Part shown: in pieces, positions 22,579 through 35,581 of the stretch
Layout of the letters: each line of letters begins with the position of its first letter
Numbering within the stretch: the stretch's first letter is position 1
Assembly: GCA_031263085.1 (NCBI GenBank)
Contig: JAISGM010000003.1
Coordinates: 90,154 to 154,153 of the forward strand
Direction: 5' to 3'
DNA length: 64,000 nucleotides
Origin: Coxiellaceae bacterium
GTDB taxonomy: Bacteria > Pseudomonadota > Gammaproteobacteria > UBA9339
Position numbers and translations under genes: made by a program
The notes under the pieces: model-generated
Database searches by the model: none
The model's input: only the letters and a program-made list of their open reading frames with translations
What the model was told of the DNA's origin: nothing

Positions 22579-23478
22579 ATGATAACTAACAGTTATTCTA
22601 TACAAGAAAGCGAAAAAAAATCAAAATTCGTCGTACGCGCGGTAGTGTTATGTCTTTTGGCAGCAATTTGCTACAGTAGTATGAACTTATTAATCAAGCT
22701 TATTACTAATGATACTACAGAAAGTATGGCAGTTTTTTTTCGTTCAGTTATAAGTTCAATTTGGGTAACTGTAGTATTTATTTATAAGCGCTTAAATGGT
22801 AAATGCTTTCCTATCAAAACTAAACATTTTGGTCTTCAATTATTGCGAGCTGTTACAAGTTTCGCTGCGCTACTTGCTCTCTATCATACAATAAAATATG
22901 CTCCTTTAGTTGATGCTAATGCACTGTATATGAGTTATACACTGTTCATACCGTTTTTGGGGGCGGTTTTTTTTGGTACTAAAACAAACATTAAAAATTG
23001 GCTAGCGATAGTAGTTGGATTTATAGGAATTCTATTTATCTTAAAACCATATAGCAGCAATTTTAACCCAGTAACTCTAATAGCTCTTATTTCTAGCCTA
23101 GCGACTGCAACTTCGTTTCTGGTATTATATGAATTAGCTAAACATGATAAACCACATACTATATTACTGTATTATTTTTATTTAATGGCCCTTTTGAGTG
23201 GCGTCTCTGTTATTCTTAATTGGCAACTTCCAAGCATTAAAAGTATGGCGTATCTGTTATTAATTGGAGCAATAGGAACTGCTTATCATGAATTCTTAAC
23301 TAGATCAATGCTGTATGCGCCACCCAAAGTGGTTGGACCTTTATTATACAGTAGTATATTATTTAGTGGAATTTTTGATTGGATATTTTGGAAACATATA
23401 CCAGATATGTGTTTTTGGATAGGAGCAATTTTAGTAATTTTAGGATGTGTTTTCTCGATCAGATATACATCTGACTAA
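22579..23478 (+). CDS. EamA/DMT-family transporter
   Basis: About 10 predicted TM helices in two EamA-like halves. 299 aa. Confidence 0.7.
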   Translation: MITNSYSIQESEKKSKFVVRAVVLCLLAAICYSSMNLLIKLITNDTTESMAVFFRSVISSIWVTVVFIYKRLNGKCFPIKTKHFGLQLLRAVTSFAALLALYHTIKYAPLVDANALYMSYTLFIPFLGAVFFGTKTNIKNWLAIVVGFIGILFILKPYSSNFNPVTLIALISSLATATSFLVLYELAKHDKPHTILLYYFYLMALLSGVSVILNWQLPSIKSMAYLLLIGAIGTAYHEFLTRSMLYAPPKVVGPLLYSSILFSGIFDWIFWKHIPDMCFWIGAILVILGCVFSIRYTSD

Positions 23479-23517
23479 AATTAAAATAAATCTTTAATTG
23501 TTTACTGTATAAAGAAA

Positions 23518-24465
23518 TTAGTTATAGTTGATTAGGGTTTGTAACAAATCCTTAAAATCTTGTGGATAAGGGGCTTCTTGTACTACCAATTTGCCGGTAG
23601 CAGGATGAAAAAACTTTAACTTTCTAGCGTGTAATGCTTGATGCTTAAATCCTTCAAGTTGCCGATGTAATACTGGACTAATTTTATTTGTTATTTTATT
23701 AGATAGATTATAGCTTTGATCTCCTATAATAGGATAACCAATATATGCCATATGTACCCGTATTTGATGTGTACGACCAGTTTCTAAAAATACTCTAATA
23801 TGAGTATGATTACTAAATTTATGAATTATTCGATAATGAGTAACAGCATTTTTACCATTAATCTTGACAGCCATACAAGTACGTTTAACAGGATGGCGTC
23901 CCAAAGATGCAGTAATCACCCCGCCAGCAAGCATCACTCCATTTACAATAGCTTCATATTCTCGATTGATCGTTCGTCGTTGTAAGGCATCTATTAATTT
24001 ATTATATGATTGAAGATTACGTGCCACAACAATTATACCAGAAGTATCCTTATCGAGACGATGAATTATTCCAGCTCGCGGAATAATTGCTAATTCTGGA
24101 TAATGATATAATAAAGCATTTAATAAAGTATTGTTAATATTACCAGCTCCTGGGTGCATTACTAAACCTACAGGCTTATTTATTAAGATAATATCACGAT
24201 CTATGTACAAAACATCCAGAGTAATCTGCTGTGGTTGGAATGGGATGATAGCATCAACAGTAGCATTAACTATAACTGTCTGGTGAGTTACAACTTTATC
24301 TCTAGGACGTAACTTCTTTGCATCCACTGTCACCCAACCAATTCTAATCCACTCTTGAATTCGTGCTCGAGAAAATTCTGGTAAAAGAGCACTTAACGCT
24401 ATATCTAATCTTTGATGATTAAGTATTTCAGGAATAACTTTGGTTAATTTAATTAATGATGTCAT
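23518..24465 (-). CDS. rluD: 23S rRNA pseudouridine(1911/1915/1917) synthase RluD
   Basis: S4 domain (QRLDIALSALLPEFSRARIQEWI), catalytic HRLDKDTSGIIVVA, GRTHQIRVH. The track start 24480 is TTG; ATG at 24465 aligns with the E. coli RluD N-terminus. Confidence 0.9.
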   Translation of the reverse strand: MTSLIKLTKVIPEILNHQRLDIALSALLPEFSRARIQEWIRIGWVTVDAKKLRPRDKVVTHQTVIVNATVDAIIPFQPQQITLDVLYIDRDIILINKPVGLVMHPGAGNINNTLLNALLYHYPELAIIPRAGIIHRLDKDTSGIIVVARNLQSYNKLIDALQRRTINREYEAIVNGVMLAGGVITASLGRHPVKRTCMAVKINGKNAVTHYRIIHKFSNHTHIRVFLETGRTHQIRVHMAYIGYPIIGDQSYNLSNKITNKISPVLHRQLEGFKHQALHARKLKFFHPATGKLVVQEAPYPQDFKDLLQTLINYN

Positions 24466-24931
24466 GAATATCTCTATCAAAATTCATGTTTCGTCAAAAA
24501 TCATATTTAATAAAATTATATATAGAGAAATAATTATTACCGATAATACAAGTTAAAATAAACCTACATATGCTAATAACTAAAAATAATAAGCAAAGAT
24601 GATGGAATTTTCAATTCGCAATATTATTAATTTATTTACCAAAAAAACAACAAGTAGCACACAACGGTACTCACGAAATGCAAGTGTCGATAATTAAACT
24701 ATAATCTTAATTATAAATAATAATCGTTAAATACAACTTAAAATTTTCATTAAACATCAAAGGGAACAATTAATGCAATACACCTTTTACAGATCTCTGA
24801 ATATTAAACCATATAAAATTTCTTCTATTTAAGTTACAAATTGTTTGAAACGTCGTACCAAATTTATGTAATTAATTTGATTTAATTTACAACACTTATT
24901 CAATAGTACAATCAGACTTTCAAGAAGCAAA

Positions 24932-24958
24932 TTGGCGAGACTTATATCATCTCGCCAA
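24932..24958 (-). terminator. hairpin downstream of the small lysine-rich ORF (candidate intrinsic terminator)
   Basis: Perfect 9-bp stem TTGGCGAGA / TCTCGCCAA with a 9-nt loop, followed on the minus strand by TTTGCTTCTT. A second AT-rich 10-bp hairpin (ATATTTCATC/GATGAAATAT) lies at about 24966-24991. Confidence 0.4.
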
Positions 24959-25006
24959 ACAAGAGATATTTCATCAATCATGATGAAATATAAGAATCAT
25001 ACTTCG

Positions 25007-25132
25007 CTACTTTTTTTTACTTTTTTTAACTTTGGCTTTAGTTTTAACTTTAGCTTTAGTTTTACATGCACAACTTCTACTACATTTTTTAGCGGTTTTC
25101 TTTTTTGCTAAAGAAGTTTTTTTTATCGCCAT
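25007..25132 (-). CDS. unannotated 41-aa lysine-rich small basic protein (MAIKKTSLAKKKTAKKCSRSCACKTKAKVKTKAKVKKSKKK)
   Basis: My own translation; it is below the track cut-off. AAGGAG lies 6 nt upstream of the ATG. TAG stop, two hairpins downstream, and an internal 18-nt tandem repeat (KTKAKV x2). Confidence 0.45.
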   Translation of the reverse strand: MAIKKTSLAKKKTAKKCSRSCACKTKAKVKTKAKVKKSKKK

Positions 25133-25245
25133 TTTATTCTCCTTATAAGGATTAATATTAATTACTTCTTCTTACAGACAAGAAGTTCGCATATATTAAA
25201 ACAAACATGAGTATTTGCATAGTTTTTTATTTTTTAAATTGAATT

Positions 25246-26496
25246 TTATACAGAAACTTTATTACCAGTTTCACGTAACCAAAAAATTAAAATAAATCCT
25301 AAAAAAAATCCTACAGGTAAAACAGTCAAGGCTAATTGATAATTAATTAAAGAATAAATTCTAACTCCATGCAACATTTTACCAGTCCAAGTTAAATCTA
25401 AAATTTTTCCTATCAATGGCTGAGAGGCCATACCACTTATCATAACTACAAAATTAGTAAAAGCCGAAGCTGTGGCAATCATATTTTTTGTAGTGTTTTC
25501 ACTACTAATCGCAAAACATAAAATTTCACAACTAGAAAAAAATCCGAAAAGAAATAATAACCAAAATAACAAACTAATATTATTATGAGGGCAATAAATA
25601 ATTAAGCTAATTAAGATTGTTGCAAAAAAACTACCAATTAGAAGTGGAATTTTTCTTGAATGACAAACGTCAGAAACATAACCTACAAATGGACTACCAA
25701 TTAACCATCCAACAAATACAAGCGCGCATGAATATCTTGCATCAAATGGCGATAAATTATAAATGACTGTTAAAGATCTTGTTCCCCATGACTCAGCAAA
25801 TGCTGATAGTGATAAATACATAATACATCCAATAAAACCGTTGAGCCACATTTGAGGATTTTTTAATATCGATAAAAAATCGAAAAAGAAGTTTCGATAT
25901 TGCGGTTTAATAATAGTAACATCATCTGGATTATCGCGAACAACTAACCAGATAACTGGAATTAAAATTATTCCAACAATGGTACCAATATGAATAGTTG
26001 ACTTCCAACCAATATCATGAACTAACGAACCTAATACAGTAACTTGAAATATTGCTCCAATCATACCAAGAGCTGTTGCTATTCCAACAAATAAAGCAAA
26101 AAAACGCCGTGGTAACCACGAATCAGTTAATTTTAAAATACAGACAAAAGCAAATGCGCTACCGAAACCAATTAAAGCCCTTCCTATTGCTGCAACCACT
26201 AAAATATGAGCAATGCTAAAAAGATAACTACCAACAGTGCAAGAAATTATAGCTAAAATCAAAATACGCCTAGCGCCATACAAATCTGACAGCGGACCAA
26301 CAATAAGCTGCATCGGGGTATAAACAAAATAAAAAACAGCTGTCAATATCCCAAACTCAGTAGCACTAACTTTAAAAGATTGCATCAACTCTAATATCAT
26401 GACACTCGGTGCTACTCGCAATAAGTATTCATAACAATAAAAGATAGCTGCCAAAAAACAAATTATCCAACCTAAGGTAGTATTTTTAATTTTCAT
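25246..26496 (-). CDS. MFS transporter (12 TM)
   Basis: Typical MFS helices and a loop 2-3 motif GPLSDLYGARR. Two in-frame ATGs (26565 and 26496) result from a tandem duplication. 26496 (MKIKNTTLGW...) gives a normal N-terminus. Confidence 0.85.
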   Translation of the reverse strand: MKIKNTTLGWIICFLAAIFYCYEYLLRVAPSVMILELMQSFKVSATEFGILTAVFYFVYTPMQLIVGPLSDLYGARRILILAIISCTVGSYLFSIAHILVVAAIGRALIGFGSAFAFVCILKLTDSWLPRRFFALFVGIATALGMIGAIFQVTVLGSLVHDIGWKSTIHIGTIVGIILIPVIWLVVRDNPDDVTIIKPQYRNFFFDFLSILKNPQMWLNGFIGCIMYLSLSAFAESWGTRSLTVIYNLSPFDARYSCALVFVGWLIGSPFVGYVSDVCHSRKIPLLIGSFFATILISLIIYCPHNNISLLFWLLFLFGFFSSCEILCFAISSENTTKNMIATASAFTNFVVMISGMASQPLIGKILDLTWTGKMLHGVRIYSLINYQLALTVLPVGFFLGFILIFWLRETGNKVSV

Positions 26497-26607
26497 TAAT
26501 TCGGTATCACCTTTGCAAGGAAGTGTATCAAATCTGGATAAAAAAGGTAGTATTTTAATTTTCATTAATTCGATATCACCTTTGCAAGGAAGTGTATCAA
26601 ATCTGGA
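26476..26607. repeat. tandem duplication (two ~62-63-nt copies, period 69-70 nt) of the MFS gene leader plus its first 5 codons
   Basis: Copy 1 is 26476..26538 and copy 2 is 26546..26607. They differ by one G/A substitution and one T in a T-run. Confidence 0.95.
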
Positions 26608-26715
26608 CAGAAATCGAACATTTCAGAGAAAGACGATTAGTCGCATTTTAATAATGAGAAAACTATTCTAGAAAACATATATATCAACATTATTCAAATT
26701 CATCGAAAAAATACG

Positions 26716-27477
26716 TTATATCTTACAACAAGATAGTTCAAACGATACATCATTTGATATTTGACTAGTTTTACCACTAATGTCTAAAGTAAAAAAATGA
26801 ATAGCAATACGATGATGTCCTACGCTAATTTCAGGAAACAATTTTTTATCATCAGATAATTTTACTCTAATTAATTGATATAAAAAATTTGAATCCAAAC
26901 TGCCGTGATGGAATCCCATACTGGCTTTTAGTGTTTTGAATGAAGAACTTTCGCGCAATATTTTCAAGACAATATCTACCACATTTTTAAGCTCATCGAA
27001 ATACCTAAACCAAATTGATAATTGAAATTTAGCCTCGATCTTCTGTTGTAACCATGATTGATAGCAAGGTAAACTAAAACTACAAGTTCCAGCAGGCGTA
27101 TATAAACGCTGCTGAATATCATTCAAAAATTCGTCTTCGCGTAATTCTTGACCTATTTTTTGCTGATTAGCGCGCAAATTATTGCTAAGATACTCGATCT
27201 GTTGAATAGTATTATTCAATATTTGTTGATCGACATCAACCATACTTATTAATTGAGAAAGATGATAAGCGTATTGATCCAATATTCGAGATAATTTATT
27301 TTTAATATCGGGACGGTTAGTAATCTGCAAAAGCTCAAGAATTATTTTTAAAATTTGATGTAAATCCCAGAATGATGTCAGCGATTCCTGATTTAAATAA
27401 TACCCTGCTTGATCGAATAAATATTCAAGTCGCAAGCAAAGACGAATTTGTTCGTTTAGCGGTTGCTCATAAATCAT
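26716..27477 (-). CDS. zapD: cell division protein ZapD
   Basis: MIYEQPLNEQIRLCLRLEYLF matches the ZapD (YacF/DUF1342) N-terminus. It lies directly downstream of coaE, as in E. coli. The track start 27486 is GTG. Confidence 0.85.
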   Translation of the reverse strand: MIYEQPLNEQIRLCLRLEYLFDQAGYYLNQESLTSFWDLHQILKIILELLQITNRPDIKNKLSRILDQYAYHLSQLISMVDVDQQILNNTIQQIEYLSNNLRANQQKIGQELREDEFLNDIQQRLYTPAGTCSFSLPCYQSWLQQKIEAKFQLSIWFRYFDELKNVVDIVLKILRESSSFKTLKASMGFHHGSLDSNFLYQLIRVKLSDDKKLFPEISVGHHRIAIHFFTLDISGKTSQISNDVSFELSCCKI

Positions 27478-27506
27478 ATAATGCACACGAGTATTGTATC
27501 ACTATT

Positions 27507-28100
27507 TTAAATCAAACTTAAGTAATAATCGTGCAATTTTTCGATTTCTTTTTTTAAAACTCTTGGGGTTTTATTATTCTTAATAATATCATGAGCGTTT
27601 CTTATACGTAAGTCCCTACTGGCTTGAATTTTAATTATATTATTAATTTGATCTAAGTCAGTAAACCCACGCCTCTGCAATCTAATAATTTGAATTTTTT
27701 TAGGGCAATCTATGACTAAAATACGATCTACTTTAATCGGAAATTTAGTTTCAAATAATAAGGGAATAACCATAATGCAGTAAGGATCTTGTAATTTTGC
27801 TACTCGCTGTAACATGATGCGGCGCACTATAGGATGTAATATTTTTTCTATCCAAAGACGTTCTTGGGGATCAGCAAAAATTTTAGCTCTCAATTTACTT
27901 CTATCAAGAGCTTTACTAGCAGTTAAAACATTACGACCAAAATGGATAACAATTTTTTTATAAATGGTAGCAGATGAAGTAAATAATTCATGAACAATTA
28001 CATCAGCATCAACAATTGGAATTTTAAACTTAGCAAAATATGCAGCTACAGTTGATTTACCACTACCTATACCACCTGTTAATCCAATTTTTAATGTCAT
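27507..28100 (-). CDS. coaE: dephospho-CoA kinase CoaE
   Basis: IGLTGGIGSGKST P-loop at the N-terminus. 197 aa. Confidence 0.9.
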   Translation of the reverse strand: MTLKIGLTGGIGSGKSTVAAYFAKFKIPIVDADVIVHELFTSSATIYKKIVIHFGRNVLTASKALDRSKLRAKIFADPQERLWIEKILHPIVRRIMLQRVAKLQDPYCIMVIPLLFETKFPIKVDRILVIDCPKKIQIIRLQRRGFTDLDQINNIIKIQASRDLRIRNAHDIIKNNKTPRVLKKEIEKLHDYYLSLI

Positions 28101-28675
28101 ATATATTTCATATAGCTAAATTTTAAAACAGGTAATCATCATTACCATCTTCTTTAAATATTATCGCTCCATGTATAAAAATATTCAACGACAACAAATG
28201 ACATTTAACTATAATCAATATCACAAAACTAAATCTGATAAATTTGGTTAAATTATAAACCTAGATACTACTTATAATAACTAATAAATGACGGCGCTTA
28301 TATCTTTGAAATTAGAAAATTATTTAAAGTGTCAGATTTTAAATAAACAAACTAATTAATAACTATACATATAAAGCATGAGGATGACTTTTTTTTAAAA
28401 AAGATAGGATAGTACGTAAATATACAGATAATTTTCTATAAACACTGGATACTAAATTATCCATTTCGAAAACGGTATAATGATATGAGCTGTTTTAAAT
28501 ATATTAAATTTTTATAATATGACTAAGGATTTAGCATACAGAGATTACTAATCTTATTATTACTAATAAATTAAGACTATTAGTGACATTTTCAAAGCAT
28601 CTATGCGTACTACTGGACACATTTTCTTAAAAAGAAATATATACTTCTACTAAACAATATCATAGGAAATCAAAA

Positions 28676-29593
28676 TTATGGTGTGCTAGTATCGATAATT
28701 TTCTTTCTTGTAATTAATAAATGATGGCGATCTAATCCAAAAAACAAAGCTAAAGCACCTGCGACATAAATAGAAGAATATGTGCCTATAACGATTCCTA
28801 TTATCATAGCTAAAGAAAACCCCTTTAACATTGGTCCACCATAAACCAATAAAGCAATAACTACTACTAGTGTTAAACCAGATATCATCATAGTTCGAGA
28901 TAATGTCTGATTAATAGATAAATTTAGAATTTCTGCTGGAGTAGCTTTACGTATTTTACGAAAATTTTCTCTCGCCCTATCGTAAACTACGATCGTATCG
29001 TTTAAAGAATAACCAATTACAGTTAAAAGCGCAGCAAGTGTAATCGAATCAAATTCGACATGAAAAAAAGAAAACAATCCCAAAATTAATATAGGATCAT
29101 GAATTAATGATATAATTGCACTAACCGCAAAACGATACTCAAAACGAAGGGTAATATAAACCATGGTACCTAATAAAGCTATAATAATTGCCAATATACC
29201 GTCAGTAACTAATTTCTTTCCAATCTGGGCACCAATCATCTCTGCTCTTTGGAGTTTAGCATCAGTCAATACCCCTAAAACAGTTTCAATCATCTGTTGC
29301 TGAGTAAAATATTTCTGCAATTTTAATTTAATCATGATATCGCTAGAACTACCATATGCTTGAACAATAGCTTCTAACCCGATACGTCTAAGACGCTGTC
29401 GTATCTGATTACAATCAGGAGGTTTATCATAATTTACTTCAATTTGAATGCCTCCAGTAAAATCTAAACCAAGATTCAGGCCGTTGAATATTAATGACCA
29501 TACAGAAAAAAATATCAACGTTACAGAGAATAAAAAAGCCCACTTTCGTTGAGACATAAAATCAATATTGGTATTATGTGTAAAAAATTCCAT
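28676..29593 (-). CDS. secF: protein translocase subunit SecF
   Basis: SecF layout with GLDFTGG and 6 TM helices. It follows secD. Confidence 0.95.
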   Translation of the reverse strand: MEFFTHNTNIDFMSQRKWAFLFSVTLIFFSVWSLIFNGLNLGLDFTGGIQIEVNYDKPPDCNQIRQRLRRIGLEAIVQAYGSSSDIMIKLKLQKYFTQQQMIETVLGVLTDAKLQRAEMIGAQIGKKLVTDGILAIIIALLGTMVYITLRFEYRFAVSAIISLIHDPILILGLFSFFHVEFDSITLAALLTVIGYSLNDTIVVYDRARENFRKIRKATPAEILNLSINQTLSRTMMISGLTLVVVIALLVYGGPMLKGFSLAMIIGIVIGTYSSIYVAGALALFFGLDRHHLLITRKKIIDTSTP

Positions 29594-29623
29594 AATTTTT
29601 AGATCATTTTTTATAACTACAAT

Positions 29624-31483
29624 TTAGGCACCGATAGCTAATTTTTTTACTATTCTATCGCCATAAATCAAATTAATAATTGCTCTCGTAAATACAATTG
29701 AAGTTAGCATAGAAGTTATCAAACCAATCATCAATACTATGGCGAATCCTTTTACTGCACCAGTACCTAAAGTATATAAAACCATAGTTACAATCAAAGT
29801 AGCTGCATTTGCGTCAATAATTGTAGCAACAGCATGATCATAACCAAGATAAATGCTGGCTTGAGGGCTAACTCCTTTACGTAATTCCTCTTTTATTCTT
29901 TCATATATTAAAATACATGCATCCACTGCCATACCAACGGCGAGTACCATGCCTGCCATACCAGGCAATGTTAATACCGCACCCAAAACCGATAAAATAG
30001 CTGAAACAAATACTAAATTTAATAAGAAAGCCCCGCTAGCAATCAAACCAAACAAGCGGTAATAAAATACCATAAACAACATAACAAAAAAATATCCAAC
30101 TAAAATAGATAAAATTCCTTTATTAATATTAGCATTTCCCATACTCGGACCAACGGCAAGTTCTTCAACAAAAGTCACTGGAGCAATTAAAGCTCCAGAA
30201 CGTAGCAATAACGCAAGATCTTGAGCATATTTACTATTCTGCAATCCTGTGATTTCAAAATTATTTCCTAAGGCAGATTGAATGGTTGCCACACTAATAA
30301 TTCTCTCGATTGGATGAGAAACAATAACTACTTTACCATCAATTGTTTTCCGTTCAGACTCAGTTTCTACATAAACTACTGCCATCGGTTTACCGATATT
30401 TTCAGCTGTAATTCGATGAAAAATACTTTCTCCGCCGCCACCTAAATGTACACTAACAGCATGACGTCCATCTTGAGAAAATCTAGCATCTGAATATGTG
30501 ATAGAATTACCCTGCAACACTACTTGATCCTTAAGAAGCAACTTATGCTCTTCATATTCATATAACTTAGTACCAATTGGTACATTTCCGGATATTGCAG
30601 TTTCAATATTATGCTCAGTATCTACCAGATGAAATCTTAATGCTGCTGTTTTTCCAATAAGTTCCTTGGCTCTAGTAGTGTCTTGAATACCAGGTAAGTC
30701 AACACTTATGTGATCGGAGCCTTGACGCTGAACAATTGCTTCGCTAATTCCTAACTCATTTACTCTATTTCGCAAAGTATTAACAATTTGCTCAATCGCA
30801 TTATCAATTATTTTAGTAACTGCTTGCTCAGACATTGCTATCTGAAGTTTAACTAAACTACCAGTAGTATTCCTAGTAAATGAATAATTTTGTAAATAAT
30901 GTTTAAGCTTATTCTCTCCCTTGGTTAGATTATCTAGATCGCGAAAAGTAATAACGGCGCCATAAGGATTGACGTGCTCAACAGCAACATAACGTATTCC
31001 AGCTTCACGTAGATCATTAATGATAGATTTTAAATCACCACTTTCCTTCTTTTTGATCATGTCATCGATATCAACTGCAAGTAAGAAATGAACTCCACCA
31101 CATAAATCTAGTCCTAATTTCATTGGATTGGCACCAAGAATATTCAGCCATTTAGGATTACGACTAGCAAGATTTAAAGCTACAATATAATCTTCACTAA
31201 ATAAATCCTTAACTAGATCATGCGCTTTAAGTTGAATATCTAGATTAGTAAAACGAATTAATAGATTTCCTTTATGATGTTCAATTGTCAAATAATTCAA
31301 ATGATGCCGAGTCAAAATAAGTTCAACTTGTTTGCTGATATCATCAGAAATAACCGAGGCATCTTTAGTAGAAATCTGAAGTGCTGGATCGTAACCAAAT
31401 AAATTAGGAACAGCATAAATAATAGCAGCAATCAACAAAAACAGTAACAATAAATTTTTCCATAGAGGATAATGGTTACGCAT
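29624..31483 (-). CDS. secD: protein translocase subunit SecD
   Basis: LGLDLCGGVHFLL, a large periplasmic domain and a C-terminal 6-TM bundle. 619 aa. Confidence 0.95.
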   Translation of the reverse strand: MRNHYPLWKNLLLLFLLIAAIIYAVPNLFGYDPALQISTKDASVISDDISKQVELILTRHHLNYLTIEHHKGNLLIRFTNLDIQLKAHDLVKDLFSEDYIVALNLASRNPKWLNILGANPMKLGLDLCGGVHFLLAVDIDDMIKKKESGDLKSIINDLREAGIRYVAVEHVNPYGAVITFRDLDNLTKGENKLKHYLQNYSFTRNTTGSLVKLQIAMSEQAVTKIIDNAIEQIVNTLRNRVNELGISEAIVQRQGSDHISVDLPGIQDTTRAKELIGKTAALRFHLVDTEHNIETAISGNVPIGTKLYEYEEHKLLLKDQVVLQGNSITYSDARFSQDGRHAVSVHLGGGGESIFHRITAENIGKPMAVVYVETESERKTIDGKVVIVSHPIERIISVATIQSALGNNFEITGLQNSKYAQDLALLLRSGALIAPVTFVEELAVGPSMGNANINKGILSILVGYFFVMLFMVFYYRLFGLIASGAFLLNLVFVSAILSVLGAVLTLPGMAGMVLAVGMAVDACILIYERIKEELRKGVSPQASIYLGYDHAVATIIDANAATLIVTMVLYTLGTGAVKGFAIVLMIGLITSMLTSIVFTRAIINLIYGDRIVKKLAIGA

Positions 31484-31484
31484 A

Positions 31485-31835
31485 CTAATGAACTGTTTTT
31501 ATTGTACCGCGAGGAACAATATTTGCAATTGCGTTTCTTTGCACCGCTACATTGATGTTATCAGCAACATTAATTACTATAAAGCTAGTAGTAATTTTTG
31601 TAATCTTTCCCAAGATACCTCCTACAGTTATAATCTCATCATCTAACTGAAGATTATCAATTAACTTCTTGTGTTCTTTAGCTTTTTTAGACTGTGGACG
31701 AATAACCATGAAATACATGAATACTACTAATAGAATAATCATGGGCAATGCAGACATAAAACCACCAACGGTATTCTGTGATGCAATGCTACTATTTGCT
31801 GCACCTGCTAAAACATCGTTAATTAAAAAATTCAT
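31485..31835 (-). CDS. yajC: preprotein translocase subunit YajC
   Basis: Single TM helix plus MVIRPQSKKAKEHKKLIDNLQLDDEIITVGGILGKI. ATG at 31835 is preceded by GAGGGAGA and avoids an overlap with tgt. The track start 31877 is an extension. Confidence 0.9.
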   Translation of the reverse strand: MNFLINDVLAGAANSSIASQNTVGGFMSALPMIILLVVFMYFMVIRPQSKKAKEHKKLIDNLQLDDEIITVGGILGKITKITTSFIVINVADNINVAVQRNAIANIVPRGTIKTVH

Positions 31836-31845
31836 ATCTCCCTCT

Positions 31846-34274
<2,429 letters not shown>

Positions 34275-34501
34275 GTTAAATCACCAATACAAATATATCT
34301 CGAAATAAATCCAGACAACCAATACACTTTTATTAGAAATAGAGCTTACACTCAAATGAGATTCTCTAAATTAAGAAATAACTATGTATCAAAATATAAT
34401 AACAGATGATTGGTATTTTTTCAGTTTTTTGTATTTTCCACAATTTCGTACTCCTAATATTCTGCGATGTTTTGACAGTTAGAATTGGAAATTAATCACT
34501 C

Positions 34502-34999
34502 CTAAAGAAATACTTTATTATTTTTTCTTTCTAAAATTAGAAAACTATAGGAATATAAATTAGATTTAGCGGTTCGCTTATTAATGATTAACCACTCATT
34601 CTTTTTCCATTCTGGAAAATATATATCTCCATCAACATCTTGTTCAATTAATGTCAAGTACATTTTGTTAACATAAGGAAGAAATTCTTTATAAATAAGT
34701 CCTCCACCAATTACCATAATTTCTTCAAAAGAATTTTGATACTGTATTAATACCTCAGTAATAGAATGCATTACTAAACATTGAGGTAATTTTAAAGAAT
34801 AATCACGTGAAAGTACTATATTTTTAGAATTTTTCAGCGGACCATTTAAAGATTCGTAAGTTTTATGACCCATCACTATTATTTTGGTATTCACTAAGTG
34901 ATAAAAATACTCTAAATCCTCTGGAATATCCCAGGGTAGTTTGTTATTTTTACTGATAACATTATTATGAGTCAATGCTGCGACAATGGAAAAAGGCAT
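34502..34999 (-). CDS. folA: dihydrofolate reductase FolA
   Basis: IVAALTHNNVISKNNKLPWDIPEDLEYF, IVMGHKTYESL, VIGGGLIYKEFL. 165 aa. Confidence 0.9.
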   Translation of the reverse strand: MPFSIVAALTHNNVISKNNKLPWDIPEDLEYFYHLVNTKIIVMGHKTYESLNGPLKNSKNIVLSRDYSLKLPQCLVMHSITEVLIQYQNSFEEIMVIGGGLIYKEFLPYVNKMYLTLIEQDVDGDIYFPEWKKNEWLIINKRTAKSNLYSYSFLILERKNNKVFL

Positions 35000-35022
35000 T
35001 TTAATTTTCTAGTGTAATCCTT

Positions 35023-35493
35023 TTAGTTTACTTTAAAACGCTTACTCTTAAAAAAAATCGTCAAGATATTACTACACTTTGATGCTAGTACTCCTGCCGT
35101 AAATTCAATACTATGGTTTAGCTTATATTTGCTAAAAATATTAAAAACACTCACAATAGCTCCAGTTTTTGGATCAGTAGCTCCAAATATCAGTCGACGA
35201 ATTCTCGCATGAATCATAGCTCCTGCACACATTAAACATGGCTCTAAAGTAACATATAAATCTACGCCTTTTAGACGATAATTATTTAATCGTTGTGCGG
35301 CCTCTCTTAAAGCTATAATTTCTGCATGAGATGTGGGATCATTCAAAACAAGTGAGGAATTATATCCTCTTCCAATAATTTTATTATTATATATTGCCAC
35401 AGCACCAACCGGAACTTCACCAGATAATTGAGCTTTTTTTGCAAGATTGAGTGCTTGCTCCATAAAAAAAATATCTTGATTAACACCTAACAT
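35023..35493 (-). CDS. tadA: tRNA adenosine(34) deaminase TadA
   Basis: CDA-fold Zn motifs HAEIIALREA and PCLMCAGA. 156 aa. Confidence 0.9.
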   Translation of the reverse strand: MLGVNQDIFFMEQALNLAKKAQLSGEVPVGAVAIYNNKIIGRGYNSSLVLNDPTSHAEIIALREAAQRLNNYRLKGVDLYVTLEPCLMCAGAMIHARIRRLIFGATDPKTGAIVSVFNIFSKYKLNHSIEFTAGVLASKCSNILTIFFKSKRFKVN

Positions 35494-35581
35494 ACTTAAA
35501 TTTTATCATAAACTTAAATTTAGTATATAAGTGAATTTTAATGTCATACATCAATATCACGTAGCAAAATATTTAAGCATT

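Noticed and set aside
23561-23569. Perfect DnaA box TGTGGATAA, raising the question of an origin near hda
   Set aside because: It is a single box inside the rluD coding sequence. No cluster of boxes or AT-rich 13-mers in an intergenic region was seen, so there is no support for oriC in this window.
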